This document shows, piece by piece, positions 18,273 to 27,715 of a DNA stretch of 64,000 nucleotides (position 1 is its first letter; each line of letters opens with the position of its first letter). Source of the DNA: an uncultured Eubacteriales bacterium (GTDB lineage: Bacteria > Bacillota > Clostridia > Oscillospirales > UBA644); the NCBI GenBank assembly GCA_905207625.1, contig CAJLLT010000007.1:19358-83357 (forward strand). The letters are read 5' to 3'. Under the pieces are notes generated by a model. It saw nothing but the letters and a program-made list of their open reading frames with translations, was not told where the DNA came from and searched no databases. Position numbers and translations under genes: made by a program.

Positions 18273-19919
18273 ATGGACGAGATCATTTCCAACAATTTCA
18301 TTCACGAAATTATCGACAGCGACCTGGAATCCGGACGGGAGGATCATATTCACACACGTTTTCCGCCCGAACCGAACGGTTATCTGCATATAGGCAGCGC
18401 AAAAGCCATATGGATAAACTGGGGAACCGCGAAAAAATACAACGGACTTTTCAACCTGCGTTTTGATGACACAAACCCGGTCAAAGAAGATGATGAGTAC
18501 GTTCAAGCTATTGAAGAGGACCTCCGCTGGCTCGGAGCAATTCCCAACGGAGGCATATACTACGGTTCGGATTACTTTGATGACTGCTATAAGTATGCAG
18601 TGCAGCTGATCAGGGACGGAAAAGCCTACGTTGACGATCTTTCGGCGGAAGAAATGAGAGAATACAGAGGATCGTTGACTGTTCCCGGCAGGAACAGCCC
18701 TTACCGCGACCGCAGCGTTGAGGAAAATCTTGAGCTCTTCGAGAGAATGAAAAACGGTGAGTTTGAAGACGGAACCCATACGCTCAGAGCAAAGATCGAT
18801 ATGTCATCTCCGAATATGAATCTCCGCGACCCTGCGATTTACAGGATAATACACACCTCGCATCACCGTCAGGGCAACAAATGGTGCATCTACCCTCTGT
18901 ATGACTTTGCACACCCCATTCAGGACGCATTGGAAGGAATAACCCACTCTCTTTGCTCCATTGAATTTGAGAACCACAGACCTCTGTACAACTGGGTCGT
19001 GGATAATATAGGATTTGAACACAAGCCTCACCAGTACGAATTTGCCCGTCTGAACCTGACATACACCGTAATGAGCAAACGTTACCTGCGTGAACTTGTC
19101 GAAACCGGAAAAGTTGACGGCTGGGACGATCCCCGTATGCCTACCCTCTGTGCGCTTCGCCGCAGGGGCTATACACCGGAAGCGATTTTCAATTTCGTTC
19201 AGAAGGCGGGAGTCGCAAAAGCTTACAGCATTGTTGACATAAGCCTGCTTGAGCACTGCATCCGGGACGAACTCAACACAACGGCTCAGAGACGTGTCGC
19301 AGTGCTTCGCCCGATAAAGCTGACCGTAACGAACTATCCTGACGATAAGATTGAGTATTTTGATCTCCCCAACAACCCGCAGAACCCAGAACTCGGAACG
19401 AGGAAAGTCCCCTTCACAAAGCATCTGTACATTGAAAGCGAAGATTTCGCCATGGATCCTCCCGGCAAGTTTTTCAGACTCAAACCCGGCGGAGAAGTTC
19501 GGCTTATGGGTGCTTATATCGTCAGATATCAGGATGTTGTCAGGGATGAGAACGGCAATATAACTGAGATACTCTGTACCTGTGATCTTGAGACCGGTTG
19601 CGGAGTTCCCGCCGACGGCCGCAAGGTAAAAGGAACCATTCACTGGCTTTCCGCAGAGCATGCCCTCACCACGGAGATACACCTTTACAACAGACTTTTC
19701 ACACTGGAGAATGTCTTTGATATTCCCGAAGACAAGACATATACGGATTACCTTAATCCGGATTCCATAGAGATCATAAAAGACGCGAAGATCGAACCCT
19801 CCTGCGCCGATTCCAAACCGGGGGAAAAGTTCCAGTTCGTCCGTAACGGTTATTTCTGCAAGGACACGAAATACGACAACTGCTACAACCTTACCGTATC
19901 TCTTAAAGACAGCAAATAA
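18273..19919 (+). CDS. glnS: glutamine--tRNA ligase
   Basis: FPPEPNGYLHIGSAKA (HIGH) and VMSKR (KMSKS), with a GlnRS-type C-terminal anticodon-binding region. 548 aa. Confidence 0.9.
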   Translation: MDEIISNNFIHEIIDSDLESGREDHIHTRFPPEPNGYLHIGSAKAIWINWGTAKKYNGLFNLRFDDTNPVKEDDEYVQAIEEDLRWLGAIPNGGIYYGSDYFDDCYKYAVQLIRDGKAYVDDLSAEEMREYRGSLTVPGRNSPYRDRSVEENLELFERMKNGEFEDGTHTLRAKIDMSSPNMNLRDPAIYRIIHTSHHRQGNKWCIYPLYDFAHPIQDALEGITHSLCSIEFENHRPLYNWVVDNIGFEHKPHQYEFARLNLTYTVMSKRYLRELVETGKVDGWDDPRMPTLCALRRRGYTPEAIFNFVQKAGVAKAYSIVDISLLEHCIRDELNTTAQRRVAVLRPIKLTVTNYPDDKIEYFDLPNNPQNPELGTRKVPFTKHLYIESEDFAMDPPGKFFRLKPGGEVRLMGAYIVRYQDVVRDENGNITEILCTCDLETGCGVPADGRKVKGTIHWLSAEHALTTEIHLYNRLFTLENVFDIPEDKTYTDYLNPDSIEIIKDAKIEPSCADSKPGEKFQFVRNGYFCKDTKYDNCYNLTVSLKDSK

Positions 19920-19932
19920 CAGTTATATAAAA

Positions 19933-19959
19933 AGACACGGGGGCTTGCCCCCCGTGTCT
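19933..19959 (+). terminator. strong GC hairpin after glnS (no clear U tail)
   Basis: 11-bp stem AGACACGGGGG/CCCCCGTGTCT. Confidence 0.55.
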
Positions 19960-20001
19960 CTGCCACAGAGTGGATTTCAAGATAATTTTTCCTTTTTACT
20001 A

Positions 20002-20030
20002 TTGACAAAATGCCCGGATTGTGGTATACT
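20002..20030 (+). promoter_or_regulatory. sigma-A-like promoter TTGACA-17-TGgTATACT for the tRNA pair
   Basis: -35 at 20002-20007 and -10 at 20025-20030, about 27 nt before tRNA-Leu. Confidence 0.65.
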
Positions 20031-20056
20031 GTTACGGAAGCAGAAAGCATAAAAAT

Positions 20057-20140
20057 GCGGGCGTGGCGGAACTGGCAGACGCGCCAGACTTAGGATCTGG
20101 TGTCAACGACGTGGGGGTTCAAGTCCCTTCGCCCGCACCA
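20057..20140 (+). tRNA. tRNA-Leu (anticodon TAG), class II, encoded CCA
   Basis: Acceptor stem GCGGGCG/CGCCCGC, anticodon loop CTTAGGA, long variable arm, T loop TTCAAGT. Confidence 0.9.
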
Positions 20141-20148
20141 CATCAGAC

Positions 20149-20222
20149 GCAGGTGTAGTTCAATGGCAGAACATCAGCTTCCCAAGCTGAATACGCGGGT
20201 TCGATTCCCGTCACCTGCTCCA
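20149..20222 (+). tRNA. tRNA-Gly (anticodon CCC), encoded CCA
   Basis: Acceptor stem GCAGGTG/CACCTGC, anticodon stem-loop TCAGC-TTCCCAA-GCTGA, T loop TTCGATT. Confidence 0.9.
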
Positions 20223-20278
20223 GAAATGAGCCGTTACCGCGGCTCTTTAGTTTTATCTGTCTGTATGAGGTAACCGAA

Positions 20279-22708
20279 TTGAGCAGAAAGAAGAGAAATG
20301 CGAGAAAACGCAGAACCAGACGCCTTGTTGCACTGGTTTTGATTTTTGTCCTTGCCGCGTTCGTTGCGGTAATGTTCAACAGCGATATCAGGTCTGAAGT
20401 TCTATCGTTTTTTAACGGACAACGCCCCACCGAACCCGCAACGGAACCTCCCACCGAGCCGGTTTACCATGACCTTGTCATAAGTGAGGCCATGCTTTCA
20501 AATGATACCGTAGCTGTGGATAACACATTCTGTGACTGGATTGAAATATACAACAGCGGAACGCAGACCGTTGATCTTTCGGAGTATTATATATCAAAAA
20601 GCGCTTCAAATCTCAGAAAATGTCCCCTCCCGGAAATAACCGTGGCACCCGGAGAATACAAGGTTCTCAAGTGCGACGGCACAGAGGTGACATTCAATCT
20701 TTCCAAAACGGGTGAAACGGTTTATATTGCGGACAAGTACGGGGTCGTTGTGGACAGTCTGACTGTACCGGCTATAGCCGACGATCACTCCTATGTTGCG
20801 GGGCTCGGAGAATGTGATAAGCCATCGCCCGGATATGAAAACACCGAGGAGGGATACCTCACCTACAGGCTTTCGACTTATTCCGGACTTTCCGTCAATG
20901 AAGTACTCTCAACAAACACGAAGTACTACCCTGTCAAAGGCAAGTATTATGATCTGATTGAGATCAGAAATAATTCCGCCGCGGACATCGATCTTGCGGA
21001 TTATTACATTTCGGACAGCAAAAAGAACCTGAAAAAATACAAATTGCCGTCAAAGGTTCTCAAACCGGGTGAGCTCTATGTTGTTATCGCTTCCGGCAAC
21101 GGCGGGGATCAGGCTAATTTTTCCATCAGCACCTACGGAGAATGCGTGTATATAACCGATCTGGACGGAAAGGTATGTGACGCATTCAGTGTTCCCTCTC
21201 TGCTCCCGGATGTAAGTTACGGCAGGGACAGTGAAGGAGCGGCGTATTTCCTTGAGCCTACGATCGGAAAAGAAAATCCCACCGGACTGAAAGAAGTCTC
21301 TTCCAACCCATCCACCACCGTTCCGGGAGGATTCTATGATTCCGGACTGACGGTCAAACTCACCGGCAATAACATTTTCTACACCCTCGACGGACGTGAC
21401 CCGAGAACTTACGGAACGCTCTACGCCGGTGAAGACATTCCGGTACAGCAAACCGTTGCCATAAGGATGTACAGCGGAGAAACAGGCAAAGTTCCGAGTA
21501 AAACCGTTACCGTTAATTATTTTATTTCTCTGCCGGATTACACCCTGCCGGTGCTTAAGATAACCGCATATAACGAGGATATTTTCGGCGAGACCACAGG
21601 AATTTACACAAATTACAACCAGAAATGGGAGAAACCTGCGAACATCGCCCTCTACGTCAACGGAAATGAAGAATTCAGTGTCGACTGCGGACTCAGACTT
21701 CACGGAAGCGGTACGAGAAAGGACGCAAAAAAATCGTTCCAGGTTCGTTTCAGAGGCAAATACGGAACATCAAAACTCAAGTATCCGCTGTTTCCGGGCT
21801 ACAGTATTACCGAATTTAATTCAATAGTAATACGCTCCGGGGTTGAGGACATGTCCTCTGCCCTGTTCCGGGACGAACTTCAGACGACCCTGGTTCGGAC
21901 TTCCGATCTGATCAAGGAGGTCTACACCCAGAACTTCCGTCCGGTAAATCTCTACGTTAACGGTGAATATTTCGGCATTTATTTCATAAGGGAACGTTTC
22001 AGCGATGACTATGTCGCCTCCCATTTGAATGTTTCCGAAAACTCCGTGACGATACTTGAGTCCAAGGGAAGCAGCGGAATGCGCGGATACAAGGATATGA
22101 ACTCCATTGTCGAATACTGCGCGACCCATGACATGAACGATCCCGAGACCATCAAATACGTTTCGGACCGGATATGCGTGGACAGCTTCATTGATTACTA
22201 CATTGCCCGTGCCTATACCGGGGACAAGGATTTCCCGAATATAAGATTCTTCAAATCCACCGACAATGACGGAAAGTGGCGTCTGATGTTTTACGATCTC
22301 GACTGGGGATTCCGTTCCGTCAACACGAAAAATCCCCTGACATCGTATTTTGACAGTTACCATTATACCGATTCAAAAAACAGCGCAATAATATACAGGC
22401 TCGTGCAGAATGACGGGATCAGGGACAGATTCCTTAAGAGAATGGCTGAACTGCTCTCAACCACCTTCTCTCCGGAAAACGTGTCCAGAACCGTGGATCA
22501 GATCCATGATCAGCTCCAGCCCGACATGAAGTACGACCGGGAAAGATGGGGATACAGAATCGAAAGCTGGGAAAAAGCTGTTGCTTATCTCAAAACTTTC
22601 GGAGAAAACCGGACGGCGCAGATGATAGAAGATGCTCAGTCCGTATTCAAACTCACAGACGATGAAGTACAGTACTACTTCGGAAGTCTGCTGAACCCTC
22701 AGCAATAA
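20279..22708 (+). CDS. cotH: CotH-family protein with an N-terminal membrane anchor and two lamin-tail-like (LTD) domains
   Basis: 809 aa ORF with a TTG start. Repeated ...CDWIEIYNSG.../...YDLIEIRNNS... LTD-type segments. The C-terminal region has CotH-type motifs (FRGKYG, FYDLDWGF). Confidence 0.8.
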   Translation: MSRKKRNARKRRTRRLVALVLIFVLAAFVAVMFNSDIRSEVLSFFNGQRPTEPATEPPTEPVYHDLVISEAMLSNDTVAVDNTFCDWIEIYNSGTQTVDLSEYYISKSASNLRKCPLPEITVAPGEYKVLKCDGTEVTFNLSKTGETVYIADKYGVVVDSLTVPAIADDHSYVAGLGECDKPSPGYENTEEGYLTYRLSTYSGLSVNEVLSTNTKYYPVKGKYYDLIEIRNNSAADIDLADYYISDSKKNLKKYKLPSKVLKPGELYVVIASGNGGDQANFSISTYGECVYITDLDGKVCDAFSVPSLLPDVSYGRDSEGAAYFLEPTIGKENPTGLKEVSSNPSTTVPGGFYDSGLTVKLTGNNIFYTLDGRDPRTYGTLYAGEDIPVQQTVAIRMYSGETGKVPSKTVTVNYFISLPDYTLPVLKITAYNEDIFGETTGIYTNYNQKWEKPANIALYVNGNEEFSVDCGLRLHGSGTRKDAKKSFQVRFRGKYGTSKLKYPLFPGYSITEFNSIVIRSGVEDMSSALFRDELQTTLVRTSDLIKEVYTQNFRPVNLYVNGEYFGIYFIRERFSDDYVASHLNVSENSVTILESKGSSGMRGYKDMNSIVEYCATHDMNDPETIKYVSDRICVDSFIDYYIARAYTGDKDFPNIRFFKSTDNDGKWRLMFYDLDWGFRSVNTKNPLTSYFDSYHYTDSKNSAIIYRLVQNDGIRDRFLKRMAELLSTTFSPENVSRTVDQIHDQLQPDMKYDRERWGYRIESWEKAVAYLKTFGENRTAQMIEDAQSVFKLTDDEVQYYFGSLLNPQQ

Positions 22709-22719
22709 AGATACACACA

Positions 22720-22757
22720 AGATCCACCCGTTTTTGTGCGGGTGGATCTGTATTTTT
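22720..22757 (+). terminator. intrinsic terminator after cotH
   Basis: AGATCCACCCG (22720-22730) pairs with CGGGTGGATCT (22739-22749); a T-rich tail follows. Confidence 0.75.
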
Positions 22758-22943
22758 GTATAAAGCAATACCTTCAGGTACGGAATAAATCGTATTACAG
22801 TTCAGACTTCCGGGATAAAAAAACGAATCGATTTTTACATAAAAACCGACATCACGTTCAATAATTGTTCCCGGAATTACTTTTCCGATGAATATTCCCG
22901 CCGGTTATGCCAAAGAATATATCGGAAGAGAGGCGATAAAAAT

Positions 22944-23654
22944 ATGGACGAAGAAAGATCCGGAAATACCGAAGAGCAGGCAGTACAAACCGAGCAGATC
23001 GAAAAAATGGGTTCTGTCACCACGGACAATATTCATTGCCTGACAGTTATCGGGCAGATTGAAGGACATTATATCCTTGCCCCACAGAATAAAACGACAA
23101 AATATGAGCACGTTATTCCTGCCCTTGTCGCTATTGAGAGGAGCCGGGAAATCAAAGGGCTTCTGATAATCCTCAATACAGTCGGCGGAGACGTTGAGGC
23201 AGGACTTGCCATTGCGGAAATGATATCAAGCATGAAAAAGCCAACAGTCTCACTTGTTCTGGGCGGAGGACACTCAATCGGCGTCCCTCTTGCGGTGTCG
23301 GCTAAATACTCTTTCATTGCTCCGTCCGCGACCATGACGATACATCCGGTAAGGCTTAACGGACTTATTGTCGGGGTTCCCCAGACATTCTCCTACTTTG
23401 ATAAAATGCAGGACAGAATAATCCGTTTTGTTACTCAGAATTCCAGAATGACGGAGGAAAAATTCCGCCAGCTCATGACATCTACAGGCGGGTTAATGAA
23501 TGATGTGGGAACGATGATCGGCGGAGATGAGGCTGTTCAGGCGGGGCTTATCGACAGAGTCGGGGGACTGAACGACGCACTCGAAAAACTTGACAGTATG
23601 ATTGCGGAGGCTGAAAATGGTGATACACAGCGTGCTGCTGCCGATAATGCCTGA
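22944..23654 (+). CDS. tepA: ClpP-family protease-like protein TepA
   Basis: 236 aa ORF: ...[44 protein letters not shown]...TMTIHPVR, a ClpP/TepA fold. Confidence 0.8.
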   Translation: MDEERSGNTEEQAVQTEQIEKMGSVTTDNIHCLTVIGQIEGHYILAPQNKTTKYEHVIPALVAIERSREIKGLLIILNTVGGDVEAGLAIAEMISSMKKPTVSLVLGGGHSIGVPLAVSAKYSFIAPSATMTIHPVRLNGLIVGVPQTFSYFDKMQDRIIRFVTQNSRMTEEKFRQLMTSTGGLMNDVGTMIGGDEAVQAGLIDRVGGLNDALEKLDSMIAEAENGDTQRAAADNA

Positions 23655-23838
23655 AGACCGGGGGCAGGGTCAGCCCCGGGCAGAACGGGTCCAGCTGACA
23701 AACGGAGTTCCCAGTATTTACAAAACTGTGCCGGACAAAGGTCTTTATTTTCTGGGACAGGACAAGCTTCTGTTTTCTACCCGACCTTCCGACTGGCTCA
23801 AAGAAAGCTATAATCTTCTTAAGAAGGACGATATATGA
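23617..23838 (+). CDS. YlzJ-like small protein
   Basis: Starts [14 protein letters not shown]... with a GGAGG SD. It overlaps the tepA 3' end, the usual tepA-ylzJ arrangement. Confidence 0.6.
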   Translation: MVIHSVLLPIMPEDRGQGQPRAERVQLTNGVPSIYKTVPDKGLYFLGQDKLLFSTRPSDWLKESYNLLKKDDI

Positions 23839-23842
23839 TAAG

Positions 23843-23875
23843 TGACAGGTGTGCCGGACGGTGCACCTGTCATTT
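23843..23875 (+). terminator. intrinsic terminator
   Basis: TGACAGGTG/CACCTGTCA stem followed by TTT. Confidence 0.6.
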
Positions 23876-23895
23876 GCCTAAAGCAAGCAAAGGTC

Positions 23896-23924
23896 TTGAA
23901 AACCGTCCGGATATGTGATATACT
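23896..23924 (+). promoter_or_regulatory. sigma-A-like promoter TTGAAA-17-TGaTATACT for hflX
   Basis: -35 at 23896-23901 and -10 at 23919-23924. Confidence 0.55.
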
Positions 23925-23953
23925 TATATTATCTGAAACTCTGAGGTGAAATT

Positions 23954-25252
23954 ATGCCTGAAACAAAAAAAGACAAAGAGCGAGTGGTACTGATCGCAGT
24001 TGATCCTGATTCCGGGACAGAGGCGGAAGCCTCCCTGGATGAACTTGAAAGGCTTGCGGATACTGCGGGTGCCGAAACCGTAGGTAAAATGATCCAGAAA
24101 AGATCTGTTCCCCACCCTTCTACATACATCGGTAAGGGAAAACTGGAAGAACTGAAGGAATTCTGCGGCGCAAACGATGTTGATACCGTCATTGCGGATG
24201 ATGAACTTACGGGCTCTCAGACAAAAGAACTTGAGTCCGTACTTGACGTCAAGGTTATCGATCGGACAACTCTCATACTTGACATATTTGCAATGAGAGC
24301 CCGTTCCGCGGAGGGCAGACTGCAGATAGAATTGGCCCAGCTGAATTACCGTCTGCCCCGGCTTTCCGGAATGGGTAAAGCCCTTTCCCGTCTCGGCGGC
24401 GGTATAGGAACGAGAGGCCCCGGCGAGAGTAAACTTGAGACAGACAGACGGCACATCCGCAGACGTATTTTTGCCATTGAGGAGCAGTTGCGGCAGGTTT
24501 CCGACAGAAGAAAGGTCACGCGGCGGCTCAGAGGAAAAAACAGTGTTCCGACCTGCGCGCTTGTGGGGTACACAAATGCCGGGAAAAGCAGTCTGATGAA
24601 CGCTCTGTGCGGCAGTGACGTCTATGCTGAGGACCAGCTTTTTGCAACTCTGGACACAACTGTACGGAAGGTGAATTTCTCGGACATTGACGAAACCTGC
24701 CGTGACGTATTGCTCATCGATACCGTAGGTTTTATCAGGAAACTGCCGCATGCACTTGTCGACGCATTTAAATCGACACTTGAAGAATCAGTCAATGCCG
24801 ACCTACTGCTTCATGTAGTTGATATTTCCGACCCTGAGGCTGAAAAGCATATCATGGTGGTGGAGCAGATACTGTCGGAACTGGGAGCAGCGGATAAGCC
24901 GGTATTTCTTGTCTGCAATAAATTTGACGCATACAACCCTCCTGAAGACGAACCCGGATTCATTCCGGTACAGCAGAGACAGAAAAAGCCGTATGTATTC
25001 AATGTTTCGGCAAAAACCGGATACGGTCTGACCGAGTTGAAAAAAGCTATTGCATTGAGATTTTCACGTCAGAAAGTATACTCACTTCTCATTCCGTACA
25101 CAGAAGGGGCTTTGCTTGATGAGATCCACCGAAATTCCAGTGTTCTTTACGTCGAACACACCCCGGAAGGCACACTCATTACACTCAAGGCAGATTTCGA
25201 TCCCGAATTCAGATCAAAAATAGAACAATACTCCACAAAGATTGAACCGTAG
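23954..25252 (+). CDS. hflX: GTPase HflX
   Basis: 432 aa ORF with the HflX N-domain. G1 motif GYTNAGKSSL and G3 motif DTVGF are present. Confidence 0.9.
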   Translation: MPETKKDKERVVLIAVDPDSGTEAEASLDELERLADTAGAETVGKMIQKRSVPHPSTYIGKGKLEELKEFCGANDVDTVIADDELTGSQTKELESVLDVKVIDRTTLILDIFAMRARSAEGRLQIELAQLNYRLPRLSGMGKALSRLGGGIGTRGPGESKLETDRRHIRRRIFAIEEQLRQVSDRRKVTRRLRGKNSVPTCALVGYTNAGKSSLMNALCGSDVYAEDQLFATLDTTVRKVNFSDIDETCRDVLLIDTVGFIRKLPHALVDAFKSTLEESVNADLLLHVVDISDPEAEKHIMVVEQILSELGAADKPVFLVCNKFDAYNPPEDEPGFIPVQQRQKKPYVFNVSAKTGYGLTELKKAIALRFSRQKVYSLLIPYTEGALLDEIHRNSSVLYVEHTPEGTLITLKADFDPEFRSKIEQYSTKIEP

Positions 25253-25304
25253 GTTGATTTATCTGACAAAACATCTAACTTTGTTACTTTTTAAGGCTGA
25301 CATG

Positions 25305-25333
25305 TTGACATTTCGGGTAGAAAACTATATAAT
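25305..25333 (+). promoter_or_regulatory. sigma-A-like promoter TTGACA-17-TATAAT for serC-serA
   Basis: -35 at 25305-25310 and -10 at 25328-25333. Confidence 0.65.
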
Positions 25334-25386
25334 AATATGGAACAAAAGTTCAATCTGAAAAAATCAACTTCTCGAAAGGAATTGTC

Positions 25387-26466
25387 ATGAGCAGAGTTTA
25401 TAATTTTTCTGCGGGTCCATCGATGTTGCCCGAAGAAGTGCTTAAAAAGGCACAGGAACAGATGTTGGAGTATGAGGACAGCGGCATGTCCGTTATGGAG
25501 ATGAGCCACCGATCCAAAACATATGAAGCCATAATCAACGGTGCCGAATCCCTTTTACGGGAAGTTATGAATATCCCTTCCAACTACAAAGTTCTTTTCC
25601 TTCAGGGTGGCGCATCTTCTCAGTTTTCGATGATCCCCCTCAATCTTATGAAGAAAAAGAAAATAGACCTGGTACTTACAGGTCAGTGGGCACAGAAAGC
25701 CTTTGACGAGGCGTCCCGCTACGGACAGGTAAATGTCGTTGCCTCCTCCAAAGACAAAATATACAACTACATACCGAAGCTTGACCCCGCAAAATTTGAC
25801 AAAGATGCGGATTATTTCTATATCTGCCAGAACAACACCATTTACGGAACCCGTTTTGCAACCCTGCCCGATACCGGAAATGTTCCGCTGGTTGCTGACC
25901 TGTCATCCTGCATCCTCAGCGAGCCTGTTGATGTATCAAAGTACGGACTGATCTTTGCCGGGGCGCAGAAAAACATGGGTCCTGCCGGTCTGACGGTGGT
26001 AATAATAAGAGAAGACCTCATTACAACTCCCATGGACATAACCCCTCAGATGTTCAAATACAAGATCCACGCGGATAACGGCTCAATGTATAATACTCCC
26101 CCCACCTATGCCATCTATATCTGCAAGCTTGTTCTTGAATGGATAAAGAATCTCGGCGGACTTGAAAAAATGGCAGAGATCAATTACAAAAAAGCTGCAA
26201 TCATATATGATTTCCTTGACAGTTCCAAAATGTTCTCCGCCACTGTTCAGGGAGAAGACCGCTCCATAATGAATATACCCTTCGTTACGGGCAATGAGGA
26301 GCTTGATGCAAAATTCGTCAAACAGGCTGCCGCCGCAGGCTTTGTAAACCTCAAGGGTCACAGAAGTGTCGGCGGAATGAGAGCCAGCATCTACAACGCG
26401 ATGCCTGTCGAGGGTTGCGAAGCCCTGGTTAAATTCATGGCTGAATTTGAAAAGGAGAACGCATAA
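25387..26466 (+). CDS. serC: 3-phosphoserine aminotransferase
   Basis: 359 aa ORF: MSRVYNFSAGPSMLPEEVL...AGAQKNMGPAGLTVVIIR. Confidence 0.95.
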   Translation: MSRVYNFSAGPSMLPEEVLKKAQEQMLEYEDSGMSVMEMSHRSKTYEAIINGAESLLREVMNIPSNYKVLFLQGGASSQFSMIPLNLMKKKKIDLVLTGQWAQKAFDEASRYGQVNVVASSKDKIYNYIPKLDPAKFDKDADYFYICQNNTIYGTRFATLPDTGNVPLVADLSSCILSEPVDVSKYGLIFAGAQKNMGPAGLTVVIIREDLITTPMDITPQMFKYKIHADNGSMYNTPPTYAIYICKLVLEWIKNLGGLEKMAEINYKKAAIIYDFLDSSKMFSATVQGEDRSIMNIPFVTGNEELDAKFVKQAAAAGFVNLKGHRSVGGMRASIYNAMPVEGCEALVKFMAEFEKENA

Positions 26467-27635
26467 TGTATTCAATCAAAACTCTGAACAAGATCTCCCC
26501 TGTCGGACTGGAAAAACTTGATCTTAACAGATATAACTGCTCCGACAGCGAATCTGATCCTGACGGTATAATAGTCCGTTCCGCGTCGCTTCACGAATAT
26601 GAATTCAACCGCAACCTCAAGGGAATTGCCCGTGCGGGTGCCGGTGTCAACAATATCCCGATAGATAAATGCACCGCCGCAGGCATAGCCGTGTTCAACA
26701 CCCCCGGCGGAAACGCGAACGCCGTCAAGGAGCTTACCGTGGCTTCCTTTTTCCTTGCGTCCAGAAAAATCGTTGATGCAATAAACTGGGCTCAGACACT
26801 CAAGGGCAAAGGTGCTGAGATCCCTGCTCTCGTTGAAAAGGGAAAGAGCAACTTTACCGGCCCGGAACTTGCGGGTAAAAAGCTCGGCGTAATCGGTCTC
26901 GGAGCTATCGGAAGCCTTATCGTCAATGCCGCACTGGGTCTGAATATGGAAGTATACGGCTATGATAACTATCTGTCCGTGGAAAGTGCGCTGAGAATGA
27001 GCCGCGGACTGAAGCGGGTCGACAGTGTCAGGGCAATTTACGAAAATTGCGATTACATAACGGTCCATGTTCCCCTCACTCCCGACACTAAGGGAATGAT
27101 AAACAAGGATGTTATAGCGCAGATGAAAGACGGAGTCCGCCTGTTCAATTTTTCCAGAGGTGATATTATCAATAAAGAGGATGTTGCGCAGGCTCTGGAA
27201 TCCGGAAAGATCGCCAAATACGTAACGGACTTCCCGGATGAAGAAGTCCTCGCGATGAAAAACGTGATCGCTATCCCCCACCTTGCGGCATCTACACCTG
27301 AATCTGAGGATAACTGTGCGGTCATGGCGGTAAATGAGCTTACCGACTACCTGGAAAACGGAAACACCGTAAACAGTGTGAATTTTCCCAACGTATCCTC
27401 CGAAAGAAGCACAGGAAGCCGTATATGCGTGTTGCACCGGAATATCCCGAACATGCTCACCCAGATAACGTCTGTTGTCAGTGCGGAGAATTACAACATT
27501 GAATTTATGCACAGCAAAAGCCGCGGTGATGTATCCTACGCCATATTTGATATGACAAAAACCATCACCGATCCGATGATCGCGGAAAAGATATCTAAAG
27601 TTGACGGCGTTATGAACGTCCGGGTCATTGACTGA
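26466..27635 (+). CDS. serA: D-3-phosphoglycerate dehydrogenase
   Basis: 389 aa ORF with the NAD-binding motif GVIGLGAIG, a 2-hydroxyacid dehydrogenase catalytic region and a C-terminal ACT-like domain. Its ATG overlaps the serC stop. Confidence 0.9.
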   Translation: MYSIKTLNKISPVGLEKLDLNRYNCSDSESDPDGIIVRSASLHEYEFNRNLKGIARAGAGVNNIPIDKCTAAGIAVFNTPGGNANAVKELTVASFFLASRKIVDAINWAQTLKGKGAEIPALVEKGKSNFTGPELAGKKLGVIGLGAIGSLIVNAALGLNMEVYGYDNYLSVESALRMSRGLKRVDSVRAIYENCDYITVHVPLTPDTKGMINKDVIAQMKDGVRLFNFSRGDIINKEDVAQALESGKIAKYVTDFPDEEVLAMKNVIAIPHLAASTPESEDNCAVMAVNELTDYLENGNTVNSVNFPNVSSERSTGSRICVLHRNIPNMLTQITSVVSAENYNIEFMHSKSRGDVSYAIFDMTKTITDPMIAEKISKVDGVMNVRVID

Positions 27636-27660
27636 TTTTTTCATTTAATTGAATAGATTT

Positions 27661-27713
27661 CCTCCCGCAGGAAATAATGTCGGTATAAACGACTTTTCCT
27701 GCGGGAGGTTTTT
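27661..27713 (+). terminator. long hairpin plus T run after serA; the 3' arm contains the SD of the next gene
   Basis: CCTCCCGCAGGAAA (27661-27674) pairs with TTTCCTGCGGGAGG (27695-27708), followed by TTTTT. Confidence 0.7.
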
Positions 27714-27715
27714 AT

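Noticed and set aside
16598-19682. Long antisense ORFs opposite gltX and glnS (16598-17464, 17738-18301, 18231-18779, 18804-19682).
   Set aside because: All lie opposite genes with unambiguous aaRS motifs, and none has family-like sequence. The same applies to 23924-24751 (opposite hflX), 43486-44439, 44373-45431 (opposite pyrH) and 53585-54280.
20057-22708. A tRNA-adjacent genomic island carrying cotH.
   Set aside because: There is no integrase, no direct repeat of the tRNA 3' end, and the composition looks like the surrounding core. It is probably ordinary chromosomal context.
26472-27644. A 390-aa minus-strand ORF that exactly mirrors serA.
   Set aside because: The plus-strand product has clear D-3-phosphoglycerate dehydrogenase motifs. 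The antisense translation is low-complexity (rich in F, V, R, D, G) with no recognisable family and no SD. It is a shadow ORF caused by codon bias.
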